Assembly: GCA_016180435.1 (NCBI GenBank)
Contig: JACPBG010000004.1
Location: 59,660-123,659, forward strand
Reading direction: 5' to 3'
Origin: Candidatus Sungiibacteriota bacterium
Lineage (GTDB): Bacteria; Patescibacteriota; Minisyncoccia; Sungbacterales; HO2-52-23
Length of the DNA stretch: 64,000 bases
The notes under the pieces are model-generated. The model was given only the letters and a program-made list of their open reading frames with translations, searched no databases and had not been told where the DNA came from. This document shows, one piece after another, positions 33,857 to 43,365 of the stretch. Each line of letters starts with the position of its first letter. The stretch's first letter is position 1. A program made the position numbers and the translations under genes.

Positions 33857-34994
33857 TTCCGTTGTCCGCTTTCAGTTCATCCATGTCAAATGGCAGCTCG
33901 GGCAGGAGGTATTTTCTAAAAATATCTTTGGTGCCGCTGGTGCCTGGGGCCTTGATTTCAAGTATAAGATCAATGCGGCCCGGCCGTATCACGGCGCGGT
34001 CAAAAATGTCGCGGCGGTTTGAAGCAAAAATAACCAAGACATTATCGAGTTTTTCCAGGCCGTCAAGTTCTCCCAGAATTTGCGATACCAGCGGGTCAAA
34101 AAGCTGGGAATTGATTCCGGCCGAGTCGCGCGGGCGCAAAATGGACTCCGCTTCGTCAATAAATATTACGCACGATTCGCGCCGCGCTTCGGCAAAAACC
34201 ATGCGAACTTTTTCTTCTCCGGTGCCGATCAGCGGCCTAAGAAACTCCGCGCTGTTAAAATAAAGGAATCGTCGTCCGAGTTCTTTGGCCAGCGCTTTGG
34301 CCAGCATGCTTTTTCCGCAGCCCGGGGGGCCGATTAGCAGCACGCCCTTGGTGGGACGTAAATTTAACTTTCGGAAGGCGTCCGGGAAGCGTTGCGGATA
34401 TTCTATGGCCGCGCGCAGTTCCTCGATTTCTTTATCCAGGCCGCCGATATCCGAAAAACTTACATCCAGCGCATAGTCCTTGGCAAATGAGGGCGGTGTC
34501 GGCTCGGGCAGTTTTTCAAAAAGAAAACCAGACGCTGAATCCATCAGGAGCTTATCGCCCGGTTTCAATTCTTGTGACCGAAGGGACGAGGCCAGAACGC
34601 CAACCGGCTCTCGGGATTGATGTGCAACCAACGCGCGACCGTTATCCAGTTTTTCTTTAAATGTAACGGCAACGCCCGAACGGATGGGTGCGCGTACTTT
34701 GCCGATAATGTTCATGGCCGAATTTAAAATTACCACATCTCCGGGTTCCAGCGCGTCAGCGCCCCGTGCATTATAGAATGGATTACCTACCCTTATGGGT
34801 ACTGGTCGGCCGTCGGCAAAAACATCTACGGTTTTGTCGTCATTATGTTGCCCTAAAATTCCATAATAAAAAGGCGGTTTTGAAATTTTTTCCGTGTACG
34901 CCAGGGCGTTTTTAAGCGCTTGCTCAAGTTCGGAATTCCTTCTTTCCAGAAGAACAATCTCGCGCAGCGTGTGGGCAGATTTATTACGGGCCAT
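33834..34994 (-). CDS. short proteasomal-ATPase-like AAA+ protein (coiled coil + single OB-like + AAA), Mpa/ARC/PAN-like but lacking C-terminal HbYX/GQYL tail
   Basis: Walker A GPPGCGKSMLAK, Walker B VIFIDEAES, second region RPGRIDLILE; N-term coiled coil LREIVLLERRNSELEQALKNA. Confidence 0.75.
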   Translation of the reverse strand: MARNKSAHTLREIVLLERRNSELEQALKNALAYTEKISKPPFYYGILGQHNDDKTVDVFADGRPVPIRVGNPFYNARGADALEPGDVVILNSAMNIIGKVRAPIRSGVAVTFKEKLDNGRALVAHQSREPVGVLASSLRSQELKPGDKLLMDSASGFLFEKLPEPTPPSFAKDYALDVSFSDIGGLDKEIEELRAAIEYPQRFPDAFRKLNLRPTKGVLLIGPPGCGKSMLAKALAKELGRRFLYFNSAEFLRPLIGTGEEKVRMVFAEARRESCVIFIDEAESILRPRDSAGINSQLFDPLVSQILGELDGLEKLDNVLVIFASNRRDIFDRAVIRPGRIDLILEIKAPGTSGTKDIFRKYLLPELPFDMDELKADNGNAKVTGN

Positions 34995-35092
34995 TTGTCG
35001 ATTTTTCCTGGAAAAGTTCTACTTTATTCTTATCATCCCGCGTCAAATAGCGCAAATTAAAAATCGGCCCGGCGGGGTCTTAGTTTTTGAAA

Positions 35093-35164
35093 TGGGGATG
35101 GCAGGGATCGAACCTGCGACGGCCGTCTTATAAGGGCGGTGCTCTACCACTGAGCTACATCCCC
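35093..35164 (-). tRNA. tRNA with anticodon TAT (UAU; Ile-type), acceptor GGGGATG/CATCCCC
   Basis: anticodon loop CTTATAA read by hand from cloverleaf; one C:A mismatch in anticodon stem. Confidence 0.6.
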
Positions 35165-35246
35165 ACAAAAAAGCTTGCCCTCCTAAATTTTGCAATACAA
35201 AATTTTGGAGGGTGAAGAAGGACAAGCCAAGCCACATGCTCATAAA

Positions 35247-37082
35247 TTATTCCTTCACCAACTTTTCAAATTCATCCCGCTCAATTGTTTCTCTTTCCAC
35301 AAGTATTTTGGCGATTTCATCAAGTTTCGCGCGGCGGCGCGTTAAAATTTCCCGCGCGCGTTTCTCCGCACCGGTAATCAATTTTTTGATTTCCTCGTCA
35401 ATAATGCGCGCGGTTTCTTCCGAATAATTGCGTTCGGTGGTGAGTTCGCGTCCCAAAAACACCAACTCTTCTTTCTCGCCAAGCGTCATGGGGCCGACTT
35501 TATCCGACATCCCGAAGCGCATGACAAGCGATCGCGCCAGGTCGCTGGCTTTTTTCAGGTCATCGTGCGGTCCGGTGGTGATGTCCGCAAAGACCAATTT
35601 TTCCGCAACAAACCCGCCCAGAGCCACTGCCAATTCATTCAGCAGATAACTTCTGGAATGCAGATGCCGGTCTTCGGTCGGAAGTTTCAGGGTATAACCG
35701 GCGGCGCGGCCTCGCGACACTATGGATACTTTATGGATCGGATCAACGCCCTTAAGGGATGCGGCCACCAGAGCGTGTCCTCCTTCGTGGTAAGCCGAGA
35801 TTTTTTTCTCTTCGGGCGACAAAATATGGCTTTTTCTTTCCGGCCCCAACATAACTTTTTCAATGGAATTAATAAGATCCATTTGTGATACTTTTTTCTG
35901 ATTTTCGCGCGCAGCCAGTATCGCCGCTTCATTCACCAGATTGGCCAAATCCGCGCCGGAAAATCCCGGGGTGCGTTCGGCAATTCTCCGCAGATTTACA
36001 TCATTGGCCAGGGGTTTATTAGCCGAATGAATATGCAAAATCGCTTCGCGGTCATTAATGTCCGGCAAATCCAGCGTAACCCTACGGTCAAACCTGCCGG
36101 GACGTAAAATCGCGGGGTCCAAGACGTCCGGACGATTCGTGGCCGCCATAACTATGACGCGGTCATCCGTTTCCATGCCATCCATTTCTACAAGAATCTG
36201 ATTCAGAGTTTGTTCGCGCTCATCATGACCTCCGCCAAGTCCGGCTCCGCGGATTCTTCCTATGGCATCCAATTCGTCAATAAAAATTATGGAGGGTGCG
36301 GCTTTTTTGGCAAGCCGGAATAAATCTCGGGTGCGTGAAGCCCCGACTCCCACGAACATTTCAATAAATTCCGAGGCGGACATGTGGAAAAACGGAACCC
36401 CGGCTTCTCCCGATACTGCCTTGGCAAGCAGTGTTTTTCCGGATCCCGGGGGACCCATCAAAAGCACGCCTTTCGGTATTTTGGCGCCGATGTCAAGGAA
36501 TTTCTTGGGGCTTTTCAGAAAATCCACTATTTCTTTTAGTTCCTCTTTGGCTTCTTTTACTCCGGCCACGTCTTTAAACATCACCCGTTCCTTTTTATTG
36601 TCCGGTGAGATCATGCGCGCCTTGGATTGGCCGAAGGTAAAGGCCTGCATGGCTCCGCGCTGGACCTGGCGCGCCGTAATCCAGAAAAAAAGAGCGATGA
36701 GAAGAACCGGCCCCAGGATCGGCAAAATAAATCCGAGAAAGAAATTCCATACCCCCTGGTTTTTGATCCCGATTTTTACCTCTTTTAATTTTTCTGGATC
36801 CACCCCGTAGTTTCTTAGGGTTTCGGTAAGTTCGGCCTGCGGCTCTTTTTCCGCGCGAAGTTCCTCACCCGAACGAGTGCGGATTTCAAGAGTAGAGTCC
36901 ACGATAGTGATCTCCGCAATTTCGCCCGCATTAACTTGGGCCGCAAGATCGGACAGCGGAATTTCTTTCACCTCACGGAGCGCTCCCGCCAACATAGAAT
37001 AAAATACTGAAATAGACATCAGTATAACCAGCGCCCACAAAAAATTTTTAGATAGATTTTTCATCCCGCACATAACCTGCAC
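35247..37082 (-). CDS. ftsH: ATP-dependent zinc metalloprotease FtsH
   Basis: N-term 2 TM, Walker [33 protein letters not shown] zinc motif. Confidence 0.9.
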   Translation of the reverse strand: MQVMCGMKNLSKNFLWALVILMSISVFYSMLAGALREVKEIPLSDLAAQVNAGEIAEITIVDSTLEIRTRSGEELRAEKEPQAELTETLRNYGVDPEKLKEVKIGIKNQGVWNFFLGFILPILGPVLLIALFFWITARQVQRGAMQAFTFGQSKARMISPDNKKERVMFKDVAGVKEAKEELKEIVDFLKSPKKFLDIGAKIPKGVLLMGPPGSGKTLLAKAVSGEAGVPFFHMSASEFIEMFVGVGASRTRDLFRLAKKAAPSIIFIDELDAIGRIRGAGLGGGHDEREQTLNQILVEMDGMETDDRVIVMAATNRPDVLDPAILRPGRFDRRVTLDLPDINDREAILHIHSANKPLANDVNLRRIAERTPGFSGADLANLVNEAAILAARENQKKVSQMDLINSIEKVMLGPERKSHILSPEEKKISAYHEGGHALVAASLKGVDPIHKVSIVSRGRAAGYTLKLPTEDRHLHSRSYLLNELAVALGGFVAEKLVFADITTGPHDDLKKASDLARSLVMRFGMSDKVGPMTLGEKEELVFLGRELTTERNYSEETARIIDEEIKKLITGAEKRAREILTRRRAKLDEIAKILVERETIERDEFEKLVKE

Positions 37083-37407
37083 AATTTAGTGGGTCTTAAA
37101 AGACCGCAAAATATAATTGTACAAATTTTTATGGTTAATCCCACACAAAAAACAAGTACTTTTAAATTTGAGCCAAGTGCAAGTTATGTGCGGGATTCAT
37201 GCGTTTTGTCATCATACACTAAAAAATACTACTGGACAAGTAGGAAAAAAATCAATAAAATTCCTATGTTATATGATCCCGTCCGTAGTCCAATTTTACT
37301 CTCCAACCCGCCTTGGCTATATAGCAAAATCCGGATTCCACCCGCATTCTTAATTTAGATATAGTGGATAATTTTACCTTGCAGTTCGGCTGTCATGTGT
37401 GATATAA

Positions 37408-38181
37408 TTGGAGGTACACATGAATGCGCCGAAAGAACTAAAAACTAAAGCGATTTATTTGAGAAAACGTGGTTTGAGTTATAACGAAATCCGACATCAC
37501 GTGCCGGTTGCAAAAAGCACATTAAGCTTGTGGCTTAAAAGCACCCCCCTCTCAAAAGAGCATAAACGTAGATTATATACCAAAAATATTCTTCTTCTTT
37601 CACGCGGACCAAATAGTCAACACGAAAGAAGAAAAAGGGAGATTGAAGCAATCATAGCACGGGCACATAGTGAGATTCATTTGCCGATTCAGCCGGAAAC
37701 ATTCCAGCTTATGGGCGCGGCGTTATATTGGGCAGAGGGAAGCAAGACGAAGAAATTTGAGTTTACAAATTCAGACCCGCATTTTATTCTTTTTATGGTT
37801 AGATGGGCAGAAAAAATTTTTGGTCTTTCCAGTAAAACCTTTAGTGCTACGTTAAATATCTATCCGCAACAAAACGAGGTACGGCTCAAAAAATTCTGGT
37901 CGGAACTGACAAACATTCCATTACATAATTTCGGAAAAAGTTTTGTTAAGCCGCTAAGCAAGAATTACAAGAAAAATAATCTTTACTACGGAACGATAAA
38001 AGTTTATGTGCCGCGAGGTACTGATATGCGTCATCGCGTTTTTGGATGGATTGAAGCCGCCTTGAAAAATATAGAACCGAAAGTAAATTCTATAACCAAG
38101 CGCTGGATATCTTTAAAAAAAACGCCGCGTCCTGTTAATTTATCCCCCCATAACTCAATTGGTAGAGTACCCGCCTCTTAA
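37408..38181 (+). CDS. HTH-containing protein with LAGLIDADG-like motif (homing-endonuclease-like); 3' end overlaps tRNA-Lys
   Basis: N-term HTH LRKRGLSYNEIRHHVPVAKSTLSLWLK; LMGAALYWAEGSK resembles single LAGLIDADG motif. Confidence 0.4.
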   Translation: MEVHMNAPKELKTKAIYLRKRGLSYNEIRHHVPVAKSTLSLWLKSTPLSKEHKRRLYTKNILLLSRGPNSQHERRKREIEAIIARAHSEIHLPIQPETFQLMGAALYWAEGSKTKKFEFTNSDPHFILFMVRWAEKIFGLSSKTFSATLNIYPQQNEVRLKKFWSELTNIPLHNFGKSFVKPLSKNYKKNNLYYGTIKVYVPRGTDMRHRVFGWIEAALKNIEPKVNSITKRWISLKKTPRPVNLSPHNSIGRVPAS

Positions 38182-38216
38182 GCGGAATGTTCCAGGTTCG
38201 AGCCCTGGTGGGGGGA
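38144..38216 (+). tRNA. tRNA-Lys (anticodon CTT)
   Basis: acceptor CCCCCCA/TGGGGGG, anticodon loop CTCTTAA, T-loop TTCGAGC. Confidence 0.8.
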
Positions 38217-38423
38217 AAATGCGGAGCATTTTCCGAGTTCACTTCCTGCTCTCCGTTCATTCATGAACGCAGAAATTGAAGTTAACTCCGGGCTGTGCCT
38301 AGGAGGCACGGAAATGATTGCCATTATTTTCCCCACTTATTGAACGATGCGCGAACTTATAAAAAAATGTGCTTGACTCAAAAAATGCGTATAATATTGA
38401 TATAAATCAAGTATTATAAAAGC

Positions 38424-39299
38424 ATGAAAAAAAATAAAGGGCCGGACAATCAAATTGCAATTTTTGAAAACTTTAAAATCCGCCGTCACTATGACGAAAA
38501 GGCGGAGATTTGGTATTTTTCAGTAATTGACATTATCCGAGTATTGATTGGTCAATCGGGTTATCAAGCCGCCAGAAATTATTGGAAAGTGCTTAAAAGC
38601 CGTCTGAAAACGGAGGGAAGTGAACTGGTTACAAAATGTAACCGGTTGAAAATGACAGCAGAAGACGGAAAGATGAGAGAAACCGACGTTGCAAACATCG
38701 AAACTATTTTACGATTAGTTCAATCCGTTCCTAGTCCAAAGGCCGAGCCGATAAAGCTTTGGCTGGCTAAAGTCGGCCATGAAAGAATTCAGGAGTTGGC
38801 TGATCCGGAAAAATCTTTAAATCGTGCCAGAGAAAATTGGAAAAAGCACGGCCGCAGTGGAAAGTGGATCCAGCAGAGGATGATGGGGCAGGAAACTAGA
38901 AATAAGTTAACTGATTATTGGAGCGGCCATGGCATTAAAGAAAAAGATGAGTTTGCCATTCTTACTAACATCATCCACCGGGAATGGTCTGATTTGACGA
39001 TCAAAGAGCACAAGAATTTGAAAGGTTTGAAAACGCAGAATCTGCGCGACCACATGAATGAAGCCGAACTAATTTTTACGGCTTTAGCCGAGTTGTCCAC
39101 TCGGCAAATCGCGGAAACGACGGAAGCCATGGGCGTAGATGAAAATAAAGTGGCCGGTAAAAGAGGCGGCGGCATTGCTAAGAAAGCGAGAATTGATTTG
39201 GAAAATAAAACCGGAAGGAAGGTGGTCACCGGAGACAATTATTTAAAGAATGCTGAAAGTAAAAAATTGCCGGAACAAGGCGTTCCGGTAAAGCTCTAA
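38424..39299 (+). CDS. Bro-N domain protein (DinD-like / antirepressor-like)
   Basis: IAIFENFKIRRHYDEKAEIWYFSVIDIIRVL matches Bro-N N-terminal pattern. Confidence 0.5.
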   Translation: MKKNKGPDNQIAIFENFKIRRHYDEKAEIWYFSVIDIIRVLIGQSGYQAARNYWKVLKSRLKTEGSELVTKCNRLKMTAEDGKMRETDVANIETILRLVQSVPSPKAEPIKLWLAKVGHERIQELADPEKSLNRARENWKKHGRSGKWIQQRMMGQETRNKLTDYWSGHGIKEKDEFAILTNIIHREWSDLTIKEHKNLKGLKTQNLRDHMNEAELIFTALAELSTRQIAETTEAMGVDENKVAGKRGGGIAKKARIDLENKTGRKVVTGDNYLKNAESKKLPEQGVPVKL

Positions 39300-39851
39300 C
39301 TATTTTGGGAGAACAACGTATCCGATTTGTTTTTGCCCGGTAACACACGGCAGAAACTGCGTATAAAACGGCTCATTAATTCCTGATGCATTATTGGGCA
39401 TCGCGTGCCGCATAATCAGCCGGAGTTCATGGACGGTTTTGGGTTTTCTCTTTCGGATGAGTTTCGTGGCCGCCAGACACTCCTGATTGAAACGCGGACC
39501 AATCAGATGTTTATATCGCACCGCGAGATAAACAGTCCGCGCCAGCTGGTCTCGGAAAATTCTCCGGACACTGCGATCTTGTGTCGTGACCGGATCAAAC
39601 GCCAATCGGGCATAAGGGAATGGAATTAGCCATTCTATTTCCACATCGTCGTCCGGAACAAGCGATATATCGGTAAGCACCCAGCCCACGTACATATTGC
39701 GGTGATGCTTGTCTTCCACTGTTTTAATGGCATCTGCGATAGGAATCAGGCCGTTTTCTCCGTCAGCCGCGATTTCAACCCTGCGTTTTTCAAGTCCGGT
39801 ACGTTTTTCCGGAGGAGTTTTGGGATCGGCAAAAGTTGCTCTCCACTTCAT
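39300..39851 (-). CDS. hypothetical protein
   Basis: ORF only. Confidence 0.35.
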   Translation of the reverse strand: MKWRATFADPKTPPEKRTGLEKRRVEIAADGENGLIPIADAIKTVEDKHHRNMYVGWVLTDISLVPDDDVEIEWLIPFPYARLAFDPVTTQDRSVRRIFRDQLARTVYLAVRYKHLIGPRFNQECLAATKLIRKRKPKTVHELRLIMRHAMPNNASGINEPFYTQFLPCVTGQKQIGYVVLPK

Positions 39852-39938
39852 AATATTGATTCCTTAAAGAACTGTCTTGCGGACAGCTTAACATATCTTG
39901 TTATTATGACAAGAGGACGAAATGGTTCGTTAGATATT

Positions 39939-41639
39939 TTAAAACGCCAATTGTTGGAGTTTTTTTTGGATTTTTTCTTCCTGCCCTCTTCGTGCGAAGT
40001 CATATTCGCCCATGTTTACGCGCATATGCTCGGCAATTAGTGGATAAGCTTTTTCCAAAAGCTTGAATTTTTCCTGCGCAATATGGCGATAATCCGGATG
40101 TCCCTCGGGAATGGAGCGTAATTCCATTTCCCAAAAACATTCGCGCAGATTTTCCCATTGCATAAAGCGCACGCGATGCGCCAGGGTTACGGCATATTGC
40201 GCCAGAGCCGGATTTTTACGGCTGATTTTATAAAATACGTCCTCGGCTTTTTTAATTGCTTCCGAAAATTCATCCGTAAGTCCTGCCTCGGTAATTTCCG
40301 GCGGCACATGATATCCGTGATAGCAGGAAAAATCCTGTCGCATCTGGGTAAGCATGCGGTGGCGGTGCAAATCGCGCCAGGCCCCGATATTTACGGCAAT
40401 TTCAAAGCGCACATAGGCATTTTCAAACGCGCGCCCCACTCTTTGCCAGCGTTCGGTCCGGTTGCCAAGATACGCGGCGATGATTTTTCGTTTTTCATTC
40501 GTAGACATTTTTTGCACGCGCATAAAAATCTCCTCCCAGGGTAAATGGTTTCGCGGAGCGGAAAATAAAATGCCCGTAATAATTTTTTCTTCCCCCCGCG
40601 GGTCATATTCAATGAGAAAAACTTCGGTTTCGCCGCGCGAGGATACGAGTCGCTCTCCGAGCCCATCTTTCATCAACGGAAATACGCGCTCGCCCTTTTT
40701 TGCCAAATACTCCTGGTAATTTTTAGAATTTTCCTGCTCTATTCTTCGTAAAAACGACGGAACCGCGGTATTCAGTTCCTGATATGCCATCCGGGCAACC
40801 CAGCGGATTTCGCCAAGCGCGTGGCGCGATGAGCGGGTGATAAGATATTCAAATGCCTGTCCGTTGCCGAAAAATGCGACCTGGGAAAGCGTGGATACCG
40901 GCAAAAGGCCGCGGAGCGTATCAAACGCCTTTTTTTCCACTACTGCGGGTTTTTCTTCCGAAAAACGCTTTTGCAGCCATTCGGTCAGGCGCGGAATAAG
41001 ACGCGTATATGTTTCAAAAAGTCCGTCCATAGCGGTGCGGTATTCGGCTTCAAGCCCCATTTCTTTTAGGGTCGGATCGGTGTAATAAAGATATGAACCG
41101 CCTGCTTTTTTGGAATAATTTACATAGCGGGTGGATTTTTCAATGGGCGCCAATCCTATGCGCTGGTCTTCAAGGTGTTTAATGGCAACCTGTGAGATTC
41201 CGGTGAAAACCAGATGCATTCCGGCCATCTGGGCTATGGAGTCGTCGCCGTATTCGGCGAGCCACTTTACGTAAAAAGCGCGCGCCTTGGGGTTTGAAAA
41301 AATTTCAAGAAACGGGTGCTTTTGCAGAAATTCCACAAATTCGGCAAGCGATCTCCCGTATTTTTCTTTTTCCGCAAAACTTTCATCCGTATCTTTAGGA
41401 TCGCACGCGGGATTTAAAAACGGACCGATAAACTCTTTCAAAAAAATCAGGCGTAAATCATCCGCGGCGCGGCTGGTGCGGGAACACAACGCGCCGATGA
41501 GCTCCGGCGCAAAAATCAGCGGCACATATACGGATTTATCCAAATTGGTAAAAAATGGCGCAATCAGTTTGCATTCTTCTGCGGTGTAATCATCCGGTTT
41601 AAAAATTGGAGCGAATTCTTCAGATGGTTTCATGAGCAT
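39939..41639 (-). CDS. tandem-domain flavin-dependent thymidylate synthase (ThyX)-like protein
   Basis: C-terminal half has ThyX-like RHRxxxxxS region WRDLHRHRMLTQMRQDFS; N-terminal half degenerate repeat; adjacent to tmk. Confidence 0.45.
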   Translation of the reverse strand: MLMKPSEEFAPIFKPDDYTAEECKLIAPFFTNLDKSVYVPLIFAPELIGALCSRTSRAADDLRLIFLKEFIGPFLNPACDPKDTDESFAEKEKYGRSLAEFVEFLQKHPFLEIFSNPKARAFYVKWLAEYGDDSIAQMAGMHLVFTGISQVAIKHLEDQRIGLAPIEKSTRYVNYSKKAGGSYLYYTDPTLKEMGLEAEYRTAMDGLFETYTRLIPRLTEWLQKRFSEEKPAVVEKKAFDTLRGLLPVSTLSQVAFFGNGQAFEYLITRSSRHALGEIRWVARMAYQELNTAVPSFLRRIEQENSKNYQEYLAKKGERVFPLMKDGLGERLVSSRGETEVFLIEYDPRGEEKIITGILFSAPRNHLPWEEIFMRVQKMSTNEKRKIIAAYLGNRTERWQRVGRAFENAYVRFEIAVNIGAWRDLHRHRMLTQMRQDFSCYHGYHVPPEITEAGLTDEFSEAIKKAEDVFYKISRKNPALAQYAVTLAHRVRFMQWENLRECFWEMELRSIPEGHPDYRHIAQEKFKLLEKAYPLIAEHMRVNMGEYDFARRGQEEKIQKKLQQLAF

Positions 41640-41725
41640 AGTATTCCTATATTAAAAGAACAAAGATTATTTGCATAGTAGTATTTTTCCCCACTTTTTG
41701 AGTTATGAGTTAGTTCATATTAAAA

Positions 41726-41765
41726 TGTATCTAAAATTACGCTTAAGCGTAATTTTAGATACATT
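41726..41765. terminator. 40-bp perfect palindrome atgtatctaaaattacgcttaagcgtaattttagatacat downstream of tmk
   Basis: seen directly. Confidence 0.5.
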
Positions 41766-41798
41766 CCCTAAAAACGTAAAAATGTTATCCCGATGAAA

Positions 41799-42647
41799 TT
41801 ATAAAGATATAATGGGTTTTATTTTATTCCAAATCTCGCCGGAAACACTTTGAATATTACCGGAGCCGTCGAAATTTTCCATCACCATTCCGTGTTTTGA
41901 TCTTAAATCCTCCGCGGCCTCCTGATACGCGCGATCAATTCTTTCCAGCCGTTCTCGGGTGTCATGATATTCCAATCGCCCCCGCTGTTTTTTCATTGTT
42001 CTTTCAAGGCCGATAACAACGGGTACGGAAAGAAAAATTGAGCAGTCGGGCATCAAAAATTCATCACCCAAAACATCATATTGCATTTCAAGAAACGGTC
42101 GCCATCCGGCCCCATCAGCTGCGCCATAGGCAACGGTGGATAAAAAATAGCGGTCGCTGACCACAACTGTTCCCTCGCGAAGCGCCGGAATAATTATTTG
42201 AGAAAGATGTTCGTGCCGGTCCAGAGTCATAATGGTCTGAAGAAGCAATATGATATTTTGGTGCTCAAGCGATATTTTTTTGGCCGCCATCTCCTCAAGG
42301 CGCGTTATGTACATTAATTTTTTTTCGTTTGCCGCCCGTTTTGAATTAAGATATTCCTCGTTTAAAAGCAGTCCTTTGAGCGATTCGCGTACGAATTCCT
42401 GCGCCGATTCCGCTTCATACATTAATCGCGCCAATTTCCCAAAAAAAAGATCATCCGTGGGTTCGCGGGTAAGTAGAGCCTTTTTGCCATTTTTACTAAG
42501 TTGTTCGGCTAAAAGCTTGGCTTGGGTGGTTTTGCCCGAGCCCTCAATGCCCTCAAATACGATAAATTTTCCCGGATAAGGATTTTTTTGCATGTCCGAA
42601 TTTATTTTGCCACACTTATAAATATTTGTATAGTTGCCGTCCGCCAA
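41799..42647 (-). CDS. tmk: thymidylate kinase (start probably at internal Met, ~42593)
   Basis: FIVFEGIEGSGKTTQ (P-loop), LLTREP, DRYFLSTVAYG. Confidence 0.8.
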   Translation of the reverse strand: MADGNYTNIYKCGKINSDMQKNPYPGKFIVFEGIEGSGKTTQAKLLAEQLSKNGKKALLTREPTDDLFFGKLARLMYEAESAQEFVRESLKGLLLNEEYLNSKRAANEKKLMYITRLEEMAAKKISLEHQNIILLLQTIMTLDRHEHLSQIIIPALREGTVVVSDRYFLSTVAYGAADGAGWRPFLEMQYDVLGDEFLMPDCSIFLSVPVVIGLERTMKKQRGRLEYHDTRERLERIDRAYQEAAEDLRSKHGMVMENFDGSGNIQSVSGEIWNKIKPIISL

Positions 42648-42697
42648 ATGTCATGGCAGAATTATTTATAGTATAGTTCTTTGGGCGGGAATTTTAA

Positions 42698-43345
42698 ATG
42701 AAAGTCGTGATAGAACGGAGCGAGCCGATTGAATGCGCACTTGAGCGTCTTTATAATTCAGTTCTTTTAAATACCGGGGAAGAGAAAATCTATTACTTCC
42801 GAACTTCCACCATGCGCCTCGCGGATTTTAGGCCGCAGGAGATAAATCCGACCTCTTTATATGTTTTGCGCGATCACCTTGAATTTCAACGGGAACTTCA
42901 TAGCGAATTGCTGGCGTTTGGGATAGACACGTTTCGTATGGATGAAGTGATTCATTATCGTGTGGATGGCGGAGAGCTATGGGGTATGGCGCCGCCCGTG
43001 GTTGAGATTCATGAGGAATTCATATCTATTACGTCGCGGCGGCAAAAGGATGTTTCCGAGCTGCGTGTGCGGGTGGCGCTTTTGGAAGACGGAGAACACA
43101 GGGCTTGGTGTGCCATGAAATTACATACAACCCTGCGTTGTATTTTAATCAGCGACACCGATTCGGCGAAATATCCATTTGTCGCATATCCTGTTTCTTG
43201 GGCGGATGTTAAGGTGTGCGATGCGGTACCGTCTCGAAAAAGATATTACCGCAATTCTCAAAATCAGTATGTATTTGCCCGGCCACTTCATATACTGCGC
43301 CAAGTGGGTGATATCCCGCCACCGCCGGAGATCGGAAGAAAATAA
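42698..43345 (+). CDS. hypothetical protein, intact member of a 2-copy paralog family
   Basis: paralogous to 44661..45328. Confidence 0.45.
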   Translation: MKVVIERSEPIECALERLYNSVLLNTGEEKIYYFRTSTMRLADFRPQEINPTSLYVLRDHLEFQRELHSELLAFGIDTFRMDEVIHYRVDGGELWGMAPPVVEIHEEFISITSRRQKDVSELRVRVALLEDGEHRAWCAMKLHTTLRCILISDTDSAKYPFVAYPVSWADVKVCDAVPSRKRYYRNSQNQYVFARPLHILRQVGDIPPPPEIGRK

Positions 43346-43365
43346 TTGCCTTAGGGTCGGTTTAA

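Noticed and set aside
38355-38400. Sigma70-like promoter TTGACT...TATAAT upstream of the Bro-N gene
   Set aside because: Spacer between hexamers is only 11 nt; cannot be supported as a canonical promoter
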